A stretch of DNA of 64,000 bases from Felis catus (GCF_018350175.1 NC_058368.1:179120001-179184000); one strand, 5' to 3'; positions 1-15,604 are shown, numbered from the stretch's first letter. Notes: generated by a model from the letters alone, not told the origin. Translations and numbers: made by a program.

Positions 1-1529
1 GCCCACTGGGCTGCTGCTACTTAAGGAAGCCTCTCTTATTAATTTCAGAGTCCCCAGCACTTAAAGTGCCTAGCACATAACAGGTGCTCAGTGAATGTAG
101 GCTAATATTTTTATATGCAAAGGAAAAAGAGGGCTGTTTAAGATGCACGCATATGCACAATTTCATGTTACGATGACGGCTACTTACTTCATGGTTTACA
201 AAGTGCTTCCCCGTGTTTGTAATAAACAGGCTGTTAGCTCCCCCTCAGCACTGTAGCCACTCACAAAATAGATAATAAATTAAAGAGAAGTAACTGTTTG
301 ACAATATCCCTTTGATGACAGTTTTCTCTTCCACTCTGATCTGATGCCAAGTTAATGTTATCATAAAATAATTCCATTAACTGCAATTGTGCAGTTTACT
401 GAACCATTACTGTCATCAAAAAGTTAAATTATATTCAAAACCGAAAACAGAGGCTTACATAGGAATAAATGGCATCAACATGCAAATAAATTATATGCAG
501 GAGAAACAGGAATAGCAATGTGACGGGCACTCCAGCCCAGGCTCGGCATAAACAGATGATTACATTTAAATATTTATTCATACATGAACAATGAAAACAA
601 ATCATACTGGCAAGTGCCTTCGAGTTAAATTCGTATTTGTTTAAAAAGGCAGAGGCTTATGTATTCCCTCTGACTACAGGCTACATTGAGCATGCCTGAG
701 CTTTATTTAGACAGTCTTACTGCCTAACATATGCATGACCAGGAGGGTGAACTAGTATATAATATTTACATAAGAAGAAACTGAACTGGTGGGAAGGCGA
801 GGCAGGGACGTGAGAGGGAAGATGCACAGAATAAAGCGAGATGCAAAATAAAAAGCAAAAGAGAGCATCAGAAAACATCTGATCACCTGATGCTGAAGGC
901 AAGCAGAGAATGGGTAATGATGTCTGGCCCTGGATGAATTGAGCCAGACTGAGGGTGTCCACTGGAGGTAAGCACCATTCTCCTTTGACGCCTATGCTGA
1001 TGGAGTGGATGCTCCAGTGCAGGCGATTGGCACTGTGCACACCGTGGCCATCCTTCCTGGCTCCCAGATGAGGGGCTGGAGAGTAGGAACACTCCCGAGA
1101 TGTTACGGCTCCTATCAGGACGTTGAGTACATTTCTCTTTCCCTGTCTAGTGACTCCTTCAAGGAGTGTGAGCTTACCTGGCCTGGCCCTATGTCAGCTT
1201 TTCTTTCTTCATTCCTTGAGAGGATATGAAGGTAAAGTCATGGTTGCCTGGACAGCTTTGCCACAACAGCAAGGAATCCTTTCCTGACAACTTCTGCTAC
1301 AAGTCATTTTTTTCCTACTGAAATCCTACCATATTTAGGGATGACAGTACCTAAACTTGAGCATCCTCATGCCTCTCCACAGCCCTGATGATGATACCCA
1401 GCAAGTCCCCCCTTCCAGGAGCAGCTGTCGTCACTCAGGACAGCTCCCCATCCTGGCCAACCATACTTTACACTTGCATGGCCCCCAACAAAGTTCTGGT
1501 TCTTAAATTTGCTTAATTAGATGAGGTAG

Positions 1530-3060
1530 AATGTGAAGTCTTACTCTGCTAATTCTTAGCTGTGTGACCTTTTTAAGTTTGAATCAAAACCTCAGTTTCC
1601 TTATCTATGAAAGGGGGACAGAAAAGGCATCCCATCTCACATTGAACGAGTGCCAGTACCTGCCATGTGCTGTTCTCAGCGCTTTGACAGTATGAACTAG
1701 TCAAAGACGGGAGCTTGGGAGCTGCCATTCTAGCAGGGAGATGGCAGTAAACAAAAGCATACTTAATTACTGTACAGTCCGTTAACATGTGATTAGCTCT
1801 ATGGGGAGGGGGGAAAAGACTACAAACAGAGTGACAGGGAGGGGAATCCAAAGTGCTGGGGCAGGAGTTGCAGTTTTCAATAGAGTAGGGAAAGAGACAT
1901 GTGAGTGAGGATGTGAGAAAGGAGAGGGAGTGAGCGAGCAGATATCAGGGGAAGGTGTCCAGGCCCTGAGTCAGGAGCCTGGGCCACAGCAAAGAGGCCT
2001 GTGTGGCTGGCACAGAGTGAGTGAAGAGAAGGAGGAGATGAAGTGGAGAGATGAGGTTCTCCATAGGATTTTTGCAAAGACTAATGGAGGAAACAAGTGA
2101 AATGCGCTTAGCAGGTAATAATAACCGTGGCTGCTTGCTATGCGACAGGCACTGTGCTAAATGCCTGACATCCATTAACTTATTTAGCCTGCACCACAAC
2201 CCTGCGAGGGTTTGTACATACATGCAAGGACACTGAGCTTTAGGCAGACGAAATAATCTGCCTACAGTCATAAACATCGCTAAATGGTAGCAGCAGGATT
2301 CCAATGCGGAATTCAAACCCAAGTAGCTAGCTCCAGAGTCTATGCCTTTAACTTGAACTAAGTGCCTCTCCTAAGCAAAGGGGGTTGGGAGGAGGGAGGG
2401 GAGGAGGGATGTAGAGATGCAAGAGCATCCCAGGAGACTGGGAGCATACAGAGAGGGAGGAGAAAGCAAGAAGTGAATAAGTAGGTCCTGAAGGGGAGCA
2501 GGAGGCATGAAACAAAAGCAAAGACAGGCAGTGCAAACAGGGAGCAGAGAGCTGGGTACATGGCTGCTGGGGCCCACAGGGCTTGACCACACACACAGCA
2601 GACATAAGCAGGGGCCAGCCAATGGGCCAGCAACAGACCAAGGTGAATTCACAGGGCCATAAAAGTCCTACATTGTCATCCTCAAAAAGCAGACACCTGG
2701 GAAAGAGATCCCTTCCTCCTTAAAAACAAACAAACAAACAAACAAACAAAAACAGCAAGACAGCTTTAGGATAGCATGAACAGTAAGCCAAACTCTAAGC
2801 ATGGATCAAGTCACCATTTATTAACTTAAATCTGAGTTTTTGAAATAAACACTCCTGCTGTCTTGCCCCGGTAAAAACATGGTAACAGGTAACGTTTGTT
2901 ACATTTATGAAATGAAGTACTGGATGCTACATGGAGAAATTTGTACATGTAATCTCACTTCATCCTCAAAACACTAAGAGCTGGTTTATCCCCATTTATG
3001 GATAAGGAAACTGAGGCTCAGAGAGGGTAGGTCACTCACTAAGCTGGGTGCAGAGACAAA
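1530..3060. mobile_element. Cluster of ancient MIR and L2 fragments (representative; similar MIR cores also near 19150, 49720, 51200, 53030, 59470-60370 and 62100)
   Basis: MIR core motifs cctcagtttccttatctatgaaa and ccatttatggataaggaaactgaggctcagagag; L2-like purine-rich stretch 1740-2080. Confidence 0.6.
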
Positions 3061-4472
3061 CATATGACTCCCTCCCAGGTCTGTCTCGTGGGAACACTGG
3101 CCATCACTGAGCCAACATTGACCAGTACAACATGAACATAATCATTAGCCCACATTGCCCCCTGAACTCTAGCCTATGGCAGCATTACGATTTGGAAGGA
3201 ACACAGGTAAGTGGGAACGAATCCCTCTGTAGCGCCACGCTCTGGGTTTTCTCTGTCTTAGAGAGTCATCCTTACAGAAACACCACAGCCTTACTTCTAT
3301 GTGCCTGGCCAGCAGGAACGGAAGCTATTCAGTGCCCATTATGTGATTCAGGGAAGCACAGGCTACTTTGGACTCTGAGTAATTCCACAGCTCAGAAATC
3401 TTGGGGATCAGCTCAGCTGGTTGTCTGAGCTTCAGGATAAAAGGCACTGCGAGGAATTTTATGAAGAAGCTCAACGCCTAGAAGATAATCACTTCCACTC
3501 TTTCTGAATGTTTCTCACTATGCTCTGTGTCTCCCAGAAGCTCAGTCATTCCAGAAAAGCCTAATGGATATTGGTCATATTGATGGCGACTGAGCATATT
3601 TTGGACACATTTCCCACGATTTAGGAGTTCCCCATATTTTTAAGCCTGCCTCCCTCTAGCAAAAACTTGAACCTGCTCTGCCAGCTTCCACTGCAACTAT
3701 GGCACAGGTATATGCCCAGACACCTGCCCCAGACTTTGGCTCAGGAGCCAGTGACATAAGGAGGGAGGACAGGAAAATCACATTATTTGGCTATGTGATA
3801 GAAAAAAATAATCCTTAAAAAACCCAATCTGTTTCAACAACTTCTCTTCCTCCCTTACCCAACTGCATCCTGCATATTGATACAGGATAATTCCTAGCCC
3901 TTGCAAACATTCGTGTGCAGTATGTGCAAAGAAAAATGGCAAGGGAATAGCTAATGGGAGCTAGATTAGCTGAAATTATGCACATGAGACAAAAAGACAA
4001 AGAATAACAGGAAAAAGAAACACAATACCAGACACAATAAGTCCCTGAAGCAATAATTATATTATGATTTCTCACCAGCTGGTTTAGAAATTTCAAACCT
4101 TCTATTTTCTAGTTTCCTAAGTAAAATGCCCTCCTAGTTTGGGGAAATACCTCCATCACTTCCCAGTGTCCTTGACGCCACCCTGGAGAGGAAACCATTG
4201 ATAAAGATTCTAAAACGAACAAGACACAGGAAAGCTACCTTCCCTCACCATGAGGCCCTAGAACTTCTTTGCAGGTCAGCCTACACTTTGTTCATGAGAA
4301 AGGATTCAAGATTAGGCCTGGATTATCTTAGAGACATCTCTTCTAACCAAATGCATTGTCTTAGCCCTCAAAATGCATCTTGTGCAATAGGCATTTGATC
4401 AGTATCAGTGATGTTCTATATGCTATGCTGAATTAACAGAGCACCTCATTCCTTAAGAAGCCAAAAGTCACT

Positions 4473-4644
4473 GGGGCACCTGGGTGGCTCAGTCGGTTGA
4501 GCATCTGACTTCGGCTCAGATGATGATCTCACGGCTCATGAGTTCGAGCCCCAAGTCAGGCTCTGTGTTGACAGCTCAGAGCCTAGAGTCTGCTTCGGAT
4601 TCTGTGTCTCTCTCTCTCTCTTCCCCTCCCTCACTCATGCTCTG

Positions 4645-4682
<38 letters not shown>

Positions 4683-4740
4683 TCTCTCCCTCTCTCTCAA
4701 GAATAAATAAAACATTAAAAAAAAACATTAAAAAAAAAGG
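4473..4740 (+). mobile_element. Can-SINE (feliform SINEC_Fc type, tRNA-derived)
   Basis: GGGGCACCTGGGTGGCTCAGTCGGTTGAGC head, (CT)n tract and A-tail. 18-bp TSD aagaagccaaaagtcact (4455-4472) / aagaagcccaaagtcact (4741-4758) at a TT|AAGAAG L1-endonuclease-type site. Confidence 0.93.
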
Positions 4741-4787
4741 AAGAAGCCCAAAGTCACTTACAGTTCCAGCAGCACTGAAGAAGGAAG

Positions 4788-7700
4788 AGGCATTCCTAAA
4801 GAAGAAATAAGTGTCTCAAATACACAACTAACCTTACACCTAAAGGAGCTAGAAAAAGTAGAGCAAATGAAGGCCAAAACCAGCAGAATAAGTGAAATAA
4901 TAAAGATTAGAGCAAAAATCAATGATATCAAAATTTTTAAAAAAAACATTAGAACAGATCAACAAAAATTAGAGCTGATTATTTGAAAGAATTAACAAAA
5001 TTGATAAACCCCCTAGCCAGATTTATCAAAAGAGGAAGAAGAAGAAAAAGAAGAAGAAGAAGAAGAAGAAGAAGGAAAAAAGAAAGAAAAAAAGGAAAGG
5101 ACCAAAATAAATAGAGTCACAAATGAAAGAGGAAAAATCACAACCAACACTGCAAAAATACAAACAATAATAAGAGAATATTATGAGCAAATTGCCAACA
5201 AATTGGGCAATCTGGAAGAAATGGATGTTCCTGGAAACATAAAAACTACCAAAACTGAAATATAAAGAAATAGAAAATTTGAACAGACCCATAACCAGTA
5301 AAGAAATTGAATCAGTAATCAAAGATCTCCCAACAAACATGAATCTAGGGCCAATGACTTCCCATAGGAATTCTACCAAACATTTAAAGAAGAGTTAATA
5401 CTAATTCTTCTCAAACTGTTCCAAAAAACAGAAATGGAAGGAAAACTTCCAAACTCATTCCATGAGGTCAGCATTACCTTGATTCCAAAACCTGGCAAAG
5501 ACCCTACTAAAGAGGAGAATTACAGACTAATTTCCTTGATGAACATGGATGCAAAAATTCTTAACAAGATACTAGCAAGTCTAATTCAATAGCACATTAA
5601 AAAAAATTATTCACCATGATCAAGGGGGATTTATTTCTGGGCTTCATGGCTGGTTCAATATTCACTAATCAACCAATGTGATACATCACATTAATTTAAA
5701 AAAAAAGGATGAGAACAACATGATCCTCTCAAGAGATGTAGAAAAAGCATTTGACAAAACACAGTATCCTTCTTTGGTAAAAACCTCCAAGAAAGTAGAG
5801 ATAGAAGGTACATACCTCAACATAATAAAGGCCATATATGAAAGACCCACAGCTAATATCATCCTCAATGCGGAAAAACTGAGAGCTTTCCCCCTACTGT
5901 CAGGAACACAACAGGGATGTCCACTCTCACCATTGTTGTTCAACAGAGTACTGGAAGTCCTACCCTCAGCAATCAGACAACAAAAAGAAATAAAAGGCAT
6001 CCAAATTGGCAAGGAAGAGGTCAAACTTTAACTCTTTACAGATGAAATGATACTCTATGTGGAAACCTGAAACACTTCACCAAAAAAACGCTAGAACTGA
6101 TACATAATTTCAGCAAAGTCACAGGATATAAAAATCAACATACAGAAATCAGTTGCATTTCTATACACTAATAATGAAGCTGCTGAAAGAGAAATTAAGA
6201 AATTGGTCCCATTTACAATTGCACCAAAAACCATAAGATATCTAGGAATAAACCTAACCAAAGAGGATAAAGATCTGTACACTGAAAACTATAGTAAGCT
6301 TATGAAAGAAACTGAAGAAGACACAAGAAATGGAAAAACAAACATTCCATGCTCATGGATTGGAAGGACAAATATTGTTAAAATGTCGATACTACCCAAA
6401 GCAATCTACACATTCAATGTAATCCTTATCAAAATAACACCACATTCTTCACAGAGCTAGAACAAAAAATTATAAAATTTGTATGGAACCAGAAAAGACC
6501 CCAAATAGCCAAAGTAATGTTGGAAAAAATACCAAAGCTGGAAGCATCGCAATCCCGGACTTCAAGCTTTATTACAAAGCTGTAATCATCAAGACATATG
6601 ATACTGGCACAAAAACAGACACATAGATCAATGGAACAGAATAGAGAACCCACAAATGGACCCACAAATATATGGCCAACTAATCTTCAACAAAGCAGGA
6701 AAGAATATCCAACGGAATAAAGACAGTCTCTCCAGCAAATGGTGTTGGGAAATCTGGACAGCAACATGCAAAGAATGCAACTGGACCACTTTCTTACATC
6801 ACATACAAAATAAATTCAAAATGATTAAAGACCCAAATGTGAGTCAGGAAGCCATCAAAATCCTAAAGAAGAAAACAGGCAGCAATCTCTTTGACATCAG
6901 CTGTAGCAACTTCTTACTAGACATGTCTCCAGAGACAAAGAAAACAAAAGAAAAAATGAACTGTTGGGACATCATCAATATAAACATCTTCTTCACAGCA
7001 AAGTAAACAATCAACAAAACTCTAGGCAGCCTATGAAATGGGAGAAGATATTTGCAAATGACATATCAGATAAAGGGTTAGTATCCAAATTCTGTAGAGA
7101 ACTAATCAAACTCAACACCCAAAAAACAAACAATCCAGTGAAGAAATGGGCAGAAGACATGAATAGACATTTTTCCAAAGAAGACATCCAGATAGCTAAC
7201 AGACACATGAAAAGACTCTCAACATCACTCATAATCAGGGAAATACAAATTAAAACCACCATGAGATACTACCTCACACCTGTCAGAATAGCTAAAATTA
7301 ACAACTCAGGAAATAACAGATGTTGGTGAGGATGTAGAGAAAAGGGAACCCTTTTGCACTATTGGTGGGAATGTAAACTGGTACAGCCACTCTGGAAAAC
7401 AGTATGGAGGTTCCTCAAAAAACTAAAAATAGAGCTACCCTATGAACCAGCAATTGTACTACTAGGTATTTATCCAAAGGATACAAAAATGCTGATTCGA
7501 AGGTGCACATGTAACCCAATGTTTACAGCAGCACTATCAATAAAAGCCAAATTATGGAACAAGCCCAAATGTCCATGGACTGATGAACAGATAAAGAAGA
7601 TATGGAAAACTGCTCAGCCATCAAAAAGAATGAAATCTTGCCATTTGCAACAACAATGGAAATGAAATCTTTCCATTTACATTGGAACTAGAATGTATTA

Positions 7701-8008
7701 TGCTAAACAAAATAAGTCAAAGAAAGACAAATATCATATGATTTCACTCATATGTGTAATTTAAGAAACACAATAGATGAACATAGGGGAAGGGAAGGAA
7801 AAATAAGAACAACAGAGGGAGGAAAACTATAAGAGACTCTTAAATACAGAGAACCAATTGACGATTGCTGGAGGGGAGTTGGGTGATGGGCATCAAGGAG
7901 GGCACTTGTTGGGATGAGCAATGGGTATTACATGTCAGTGATGAATCACTAAATTCTACTCCTGAAACTGTTACTACACCATATGTTAACTAACTTGGAT
8001 TTAAATTA

Positions 8009-8055
<47 letters not shown>

Positions 8056-8056
8056 A
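4788..8056 (+). mobile_element. 5'-truncated LINE-1 (carnivore L1): decayed ORF2 (Z/RT/C-terminal region), 3'UTR and (TAAA)n tail
   Basis: ORF fragments read [24 protein letters not shown] and [26 protein letters not shown]. The RT FADD motif is degraded to FTDE at 6035-6046 and there are many frameshifts. No convincing TSD found. Confidence 0.93.
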
Positions 8057-8589
8057 ATGTAAAATTTGCATCAATTCTAAAAGGGAAAAATGTAGACTTG
8101 AAAAAGAATCTTAAAAAAAGAAGAATGCACATGACATATGTTTTGTGACATGGTACAAGACAGTCATCTCTTTCTATTCTCACCTGAAATCTCAAAGAAT
8201 GTTTCAGGACAATCCGAAATGATTCACATTTCAGATGCCTTGTTGAGTATGAAACTTTTGTAGCCCATCAATTGTCATAATCAAAGTGATGACAACAGAC
8301 TTCTACTGTCTTTTGGGAAGCCATCTCTCCAATTAAACAAGTCTATACAATAAGTGGGTGACCCGATCCATGGCTCCAGAGGTACACATGAGACCACAAA
8401 CACATAATCTGCATATTCATTTCCTTGGTCATACTGTTTCCTTAGCACATGATCAAAGATAGTTCTTGGCACAGGATTTTACTGGAACAACAAAGAGCTT
8501 ACAGTTGTTTAAATTAGAATACGAATCTGAGGCTTCCAGTGGCTTTAACATTTAAAAACTTGCCTCAGAAGGTAACAAAAGGAAAGCAG

Positions 8590-8770
8590 AGGCAAGATCT
8601 CGAGAGACAGGGACTATCCTGATGGCATTCAGTATCTTGATCCAGCCATACCTGAGGCTAACTGCCCTCTGGATTTTTTAAAAATGTGAAATAAAATAAA
8701 GTCCTACTCTTCCTAAATCAGTTTAAGTTGAATGTTCTTCATCTGCACTGATGAGAATCCAGACAATACA
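8590..8770 (+). mobile_element. Old MaLR (MLT1-like) LTR 3' fragment
   Basis: gatccagccatacctgaggc...aataaagtcc...tcagtttaagttg...gacaataca resembles recalled MLT1 3' ends. Confidence 0.45.
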
Positions 8771-9462
8771 TTCCACGTATGTTTTTTCTTACCTCCCATC
8801 ACACACAACCAACCTGATCGTACACACAACCACAACCAATCCCCTGCCTAGCTTTACCTTCGTTATAGCCAGGATGAACATAAACCATTCTTTTGCAGGT
8901 TGCATTTGAATGCCTCCATCTCTGAAGCCCTTCAAAAGAGCAGCTAACTTCTGTAACACTGTTCATCAAACATCAAATCTCTTAGGTGTTCTAACATGTC
9001 AGCTCAATTGTTGGCTACTAGGATCTCAAGGACAGATAGATCAACTGCAAATACCAGCTCATCTGTCATGCACAACTTGCTAGAGCCAAATAACTGTCAA
9101 ACTCCACAAGTTCTGCTCTCTCCACTCCCGGTACCTCTATCATTGAGGATTCCTGGAAAGTTTTCACCATATCTCAAATCAAATGAAAAATTATAGATGA
9201 AATACAGAAGAGCCTCAAATCACAAATCAAGTCCATTGGATGAAACATAACTCTATAACATGTGAAGATTTATATTTTTCCCTGAATGAGCTTAGAGGGA
9301 ACAATTATAACCTATTCATAACTCTCTGTGTTGGATTTTTAAGTTGTTTTTGATCAATGGCTGGTTGTAATTTTATAAAAGAATCTCTCCGATGACACAA
9401 ACACTGTTGTATCCCAGAGGAACTGCAGAACTAATCAATCACTCTTACATAACAAGCACTCA

Positions 9463-9654
<192 letters not shown>

Positions 9655-10436
9655 TTAGTTTGCTCAGTAAATTATAAAGCATTCAATCAAAGGTTAAAGG
9701 TGGTGGTACAGCTAAGCTTACTCACTCGTTTACAGCCATAAAAATAACTCTGCTTAAAATATATGTATTTAATACAGGGAGTAAATTAGTATTTCCTGCC
9801 CATAAAAAGCCAGCAAAGGAAAAACTAGTGAGGCAAAAAATCTTTTGACTGGGAAAGCTAGTCATAATCAGGATATGAGTGGAAATAATGGTGGTGATAA
9901 TGTTCTTTTCAGCATTTGCTTCCTATAAAATAAACTTCTGGTATTATCATGGAATTCCCTTACTGAGAAACTTTCCATGTTTCTTCATTACCAGTGAAGC
10001 AGACTTCAAACTATTTGGCCTAAACTTCAAGGCCCTTTGGAAAACTGGCCTCTCCCAACCTCTCCAGCATCACCTCCTATCTGTAACCATCAGTTCCCTG
10101 TGTCCAAGCCATAATGGGCTACTTGGATGTGCACTTTCTCTTCTCTAGCCTCTGAATCCCAGTGTCTACCTCAAGTCCTGCTCAATAAATGCTGGCTGAC
10201 CGACTGAATGAATGAATGCTTTCATGTACTGCTACCACAATAAAATATTCATTCTAACCTATGGGTTTGCACATTTTTATTTAATTCAAATAATCCACCA
10301 TGGACTGGGTCTTATCAGAAAGGGAGAACTCACACAGCCTGATACAAAAGGAAAATACTCAAGATCCTTGTGCCCTGGGCATCCTGGCAGGGCAAGCAGG
10401 AGATGGACAAGAAACTCCCATATGTACAGTAACTTA

Positions 10437-10571
<135 letters not shown>

Positions 10572-10679
10572 TCAGACCCAAGGCAGGAAGCCATAGTCAC
10601 ATGGCATAATTAAATCTCCAGCAAAATTATTTTGCCCAGGAATTAACTCACTAATATATTGTTAGTCCTTTTCATTACG

Positions 10680-10920
10680 GTAGTATCTCTCCTAAAAGGC
10701 ATTTCATGAAGTGTGTTACAGGGTGTTATAGGATAAAAGGGCTTCATGGCCAGGTAAGTTTGACAGATTTCAGGATATCATTGTTAGATTGTCGTCTTTA
10801 CTTCAGGGTTTTTTGGAGTCTTTAACATATCTACATGCATTGTGAATCTCTGAGAGGGTCCTACAATGTCTAGCACTTCTTACAGGTTACCTTTCCAGAA
10901 GCCCTCTGGGAAGCACTGGA
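10680..10920. mobile_element. hAT-Charlie DNA transposon relic (MER103-like)
   Basis: gtctttaacatatctacatgcattgtgaatctc and the terminal gggaagcactg resemble the recalled MER103 consensus. Confidence 0.45.
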
Positions 10921-11497
10921 TTAAGTCACAGTTGTTTCCAAGTAACCTCTTTAAAATGTAAATGTCACTGACACAAGCAGTTAATGCACTAAGACTTCAT
11001 TGGTCACTGATACCCTAGTGTGGACATGACACTAAGAAAACATGAGTTGGGACACAGAGGAGGAACAGATCATTTGGGAAGATGTTAGAGGAAGGACTGG
11101 GATTGTGTGCTACCATAAAATGTTCTGGGTGGGCAGGAGGATGTAATGATGCTGGGAATTTGGAAACTATGAGAAAGAAGAAGGTAGGAAACATTTTGGG
11201 TGCTTCATAACCTGGCCAAAACAAGCTCCCGGCATTCACGGAAAGCTGAAGCCATTATTCATGGCATCTAGCTTCATGTACTTGCAACCAGTACTAATAT
11301 GACATCAACATTTAAAATTCCCCTTTAACTCATCCTACCATGCTTTCAAATGAACTAGAAACAAACACAAACTCCCCAAATCCTCAGCTGCTCATTCATT
11401 GCTCTAATTGCCAAAAGTTACAGTGCCTCCAAAAAAATTCACGAAAGGGCCACAGGGGACACAAGTTCTCAGTGTTCTCACAGTGAGACACACACTA

Positions 11498-11650
<153 letters not shown>

Positions 11651-11664
11651 TTAGAAGAGTGAAG

Positions 11665-12175
11665 AAATTCCACTCCTCAGTGTATCCCTAAGGGAATGAG
11701 AGTACACATCCAAGACGTGCTGCCTTCAAAAGGTCCAGGGAGCTTTCTTCACAAGAGCCAGAACTTGGAGCAACCCAATTGTCAATCAACAGCATGAATG
11801 AATATATGACAGTGTTTTAATAATACAGAATACTCCATAGTAATAAAAAAGAGCAAACTACTTCTACATTCAACAACAAGGATAACCCTCATGAGAACTG
11901 TGTAGAGTATGATAAGTCAGACACAACAATGTACAATATTCATTACTCTATTTTTATGAAATTCAAGAACAGGCAAAAAAAATCTATGATGGCAGTCAGT
12001 ATAAGGAGGTTGAGAAGGAGTAAGAGAGAGTCTACTTCAATGCCAAAAATGTTCTGTATCTTGATCTAGACGGTGTGTATATCAGTATGTACGTGTGTAA
12101 AAATACAGTGAACTGTACCCTTAGGGTGTGTATATACTTTAATAACATTTTTTTTAGAAAAATAAAAATATAATG
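11665..12175 (+). mobile_element. Ancient L1 (L1M-type) 3' fragment
   Basis: aaattccactcctcagtgtatccc...caacccaattgtcaatcaacag...gaaattcaagaacaggcaaa...gttctgtatcttgatctag. Confidence 0.6.
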
Positions 12176-13116
12176 CAAAGGTAGAGACAATGTAATTCCC
12201 TCCTCGATGCTTCTCCAAGCTGTCCAAACATGATAGACCTTATGAAAGGATGTCTGGAGAATTTTCCTTCTACTGCTGAATCAGGTAGGTGGATCAATGG
12301 TGCACATTTTAAAGCACTGATCTGAAAATTCTACCTTTGCTTCTCCATGTATGGAAAATTAACTAAAATCTGATACTCTTCCTTCCTAGGAAATGGGTCA
12401 ATATTTCCTATAGTACCTGAAAACACAGAGCTACCAAATACAGATGTTTAATCTCAGAGTTTCTAGCTGACCAAATTCCTGAGGAAACAAGATCACCAAG
12501 ACCTGTGGGAAATATTTGTCCCAATTTATAGAATTGAAGAGAAGGTTGCTTCATTAGATCTGTACCTCAGACACTATATTCTCCAACACCATGTGGACAC
12601 AACAACACATCTGACATGTGTATTATTTCCTGCTTGTTTCACTTAAAATGTGAGCCCTGATGTCTTTCTCTTTCATGTATGATGCATAATACTCTGTAAG
12701 CAACAGGAACTAAGAATACTTTTTATTTCTAACACTAACAGTAGGTAGTACTAAAAGATCACACTTTTTAGCAATTTATACCAACAAAAATAATGAATAG
12801 TTACTATTTATTCAACTCTGTATGATTTACGTGTTTAGTAGAACATTGTGTAAGAGACGACACTAAGTAATTTTTAAATATTATTGCCTTGAATGCTCAC
12901 AACAACCCTGCAAAATATGTCACATCCGTATTATCACATAAAGTTGGCGAGTGGTTGAGCTGAGATCTACACCCAGGCTGATCTCCTTCCAGAAACTAAA
13001 CACAACCATAGTTTTTTACCACTCAACATGTTTTCAGCATCATTGAACCAAATCAGCCTCTGGATTTCCTAGTAAAGGTTTCTCATGGCAATCTGAGACG
13101 TTATGTCCCACTGTTA

Positions 13117-13646
<530 letters not shown>

Positions 13647-15383
13647 TTATTTCTCCCAAGCCGTGGGTACATGCCCAATGCCACACAGAGTTTGAAGGTG
13701 CAGAGGATCAGAATTTAAAAAAATCATCAGAGAAGCAGTAAATATCAGCTGGTATGGCAGGGCTATCTTTCCACAAACCAGGCAAGAACCCAAAGTTACA
13801 TTAATGGAAAAAAGATTGACCAACCATTTGAAGGCTCTGTGGACTTCATTAACAGTACAAAGGGAATTTGAAGATTCCCCTGGCAGTTCATTGTGATTCC
13901 GCCTACATTCCTTGAGATCTCAACACATGCCCATTAGCAAGACAAGGAATCAGGTTAAAGGAGAAATTAACAGCAAAGGCACCAGAATCTGAAAGTCCTG
14001 GGATCTAGACCCTATTCTACCACTCACAAGTCTGTGTCATCTTGAACACATTGTTTGGATGTGTCTCATTTTTCTCGTGATTAAACCGACGATTAATCAT
14101 ATTACCTACTTCCTAGAAATTCTGAGCAGACTAAATGGGAATAATTCATATAGAGCTCTTAACAGAGTTGATAGACACCTAAGTCCCTTGGAATGTGGAA
14201 ATGAATGATTAGAGGTAGGCATTATAGGAGTTAATGTTTATGGATCCCTTACTCTGTACTGGATACTGCACTAAGTACTAAGTATGCACTAAGTATGCTT
14301 TAGTTCATTCCATTTAAATGGAATTGCTACTGGCACTGTCGTATACATTGCTATCACCCTCGGTTTACAGATAAGAAAAGGGAGACTTAAGGAAGATAAG
14401 TAAATAGAAAACTGACTACAACTGGGCCCCTGCCTCCAGTGAGTTCACAATATGTTGGGGAAGAATGGCTTTCAAGCCAAGAACTACCTTGATGTGTCAT
14501 AAATGAGAAGACAGCAGCTGTGCAGAAGAAGGGAGGTGTGGGTTTCCAGAAAAGCCAGAGAGACTCAGAGAAGAGTACCTTATAATGAAGCCTTGATGAG
14601 GCTATGCTTGCCATGGAGACCATAGGCAAAAGGATGTTTTCAGCCCCCAAAGTTGAAAAAGCCAAGGACAAGAGTTGGATCCCTGTGCCTGTCCTGTTTC
14701 ACAACCACATGCTTTGTCTCCAGTCAGGTGCTAGCATAGGCATCCTGCTGCCATAAGAGGGGTTGCAGGAAAGCATGTGAGTGAGATCAAGTCAAACCTC
14801 CCCACTTCTTGAAAATAGTCCAAGTCTCATGATGTAAAATAATGACGGCTGATATCTATACACCCTTTTATACACAGCCCTTCCACATGGGTCATCTCAC
14901 TGGTTAGTCATAAATATTACCATCACACTTAAGAAAAAAGAAAACTGACACTCAGGGAGACATGTGAGATGATTCCAGATTTAGTCAGGGGCAGGATCAG
15001 GATCCCAGCATCTGATATGTTGCCATTCGCAATAGTGAGGCATCTCTCAAGTGTTTCTTGCTGGTCTTTTATATATCCCACAGGGCTCTTTACAGTCAAT
15101 AGCCTATTCTGTATGTAACAATAATCTTTTCCACATATTCAATGTGCCATGTACCCATCACAGTTGTGTTTACAGGAGCGGTCTCATATGATACTCACAA
15201 TTATTCACTGAGGGCTCATAGAGAGGGAAACAGAGGCAGAGAAGTTAAGATTTTGCACAAGGCCACATGGCTGGTAAACCCTGGTGTGTGTGATTCTGTG
15301 GTCCCTGCTGTTAACCACTAAGCAATCCTGCCATCTTCCCTTGGATTCCTGGACCCTACTCACTGCAGAGTTAATCCAACTCA

Positions 15384-15545
<162 letters not shown>

Positions 15546-15604
15546 TTATCTCATTTCTCTCTCCTTAGAGGAGCTTCAGAGATGCCACTTGGTCAGGTAC
15601 TCAC

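Noticed and set aside
4473..4550. tRNA genes at the SINE heads (A/B-box-like motifs)
   Set aside because: They are tRNA-derived SINE heads followed by SINE bodies, CT tracts, A-tails and TSDs; no complete cloverleaf is evident.
4484..4810. Recurring 'AQSVEHLTSAQVMIS...VLTAQSLE' peptides at several loci as a repeated protein family
   Set aside because: They are translations of Can-SINE sequence.
8057..8125. L1 3' transduction between the (TAAA)n tail and a second A-rich tract
   Set aside because: I found no convincing TSD matching the L1 5' flank, so it cannot be distinguished from ordinary A-rich flank.
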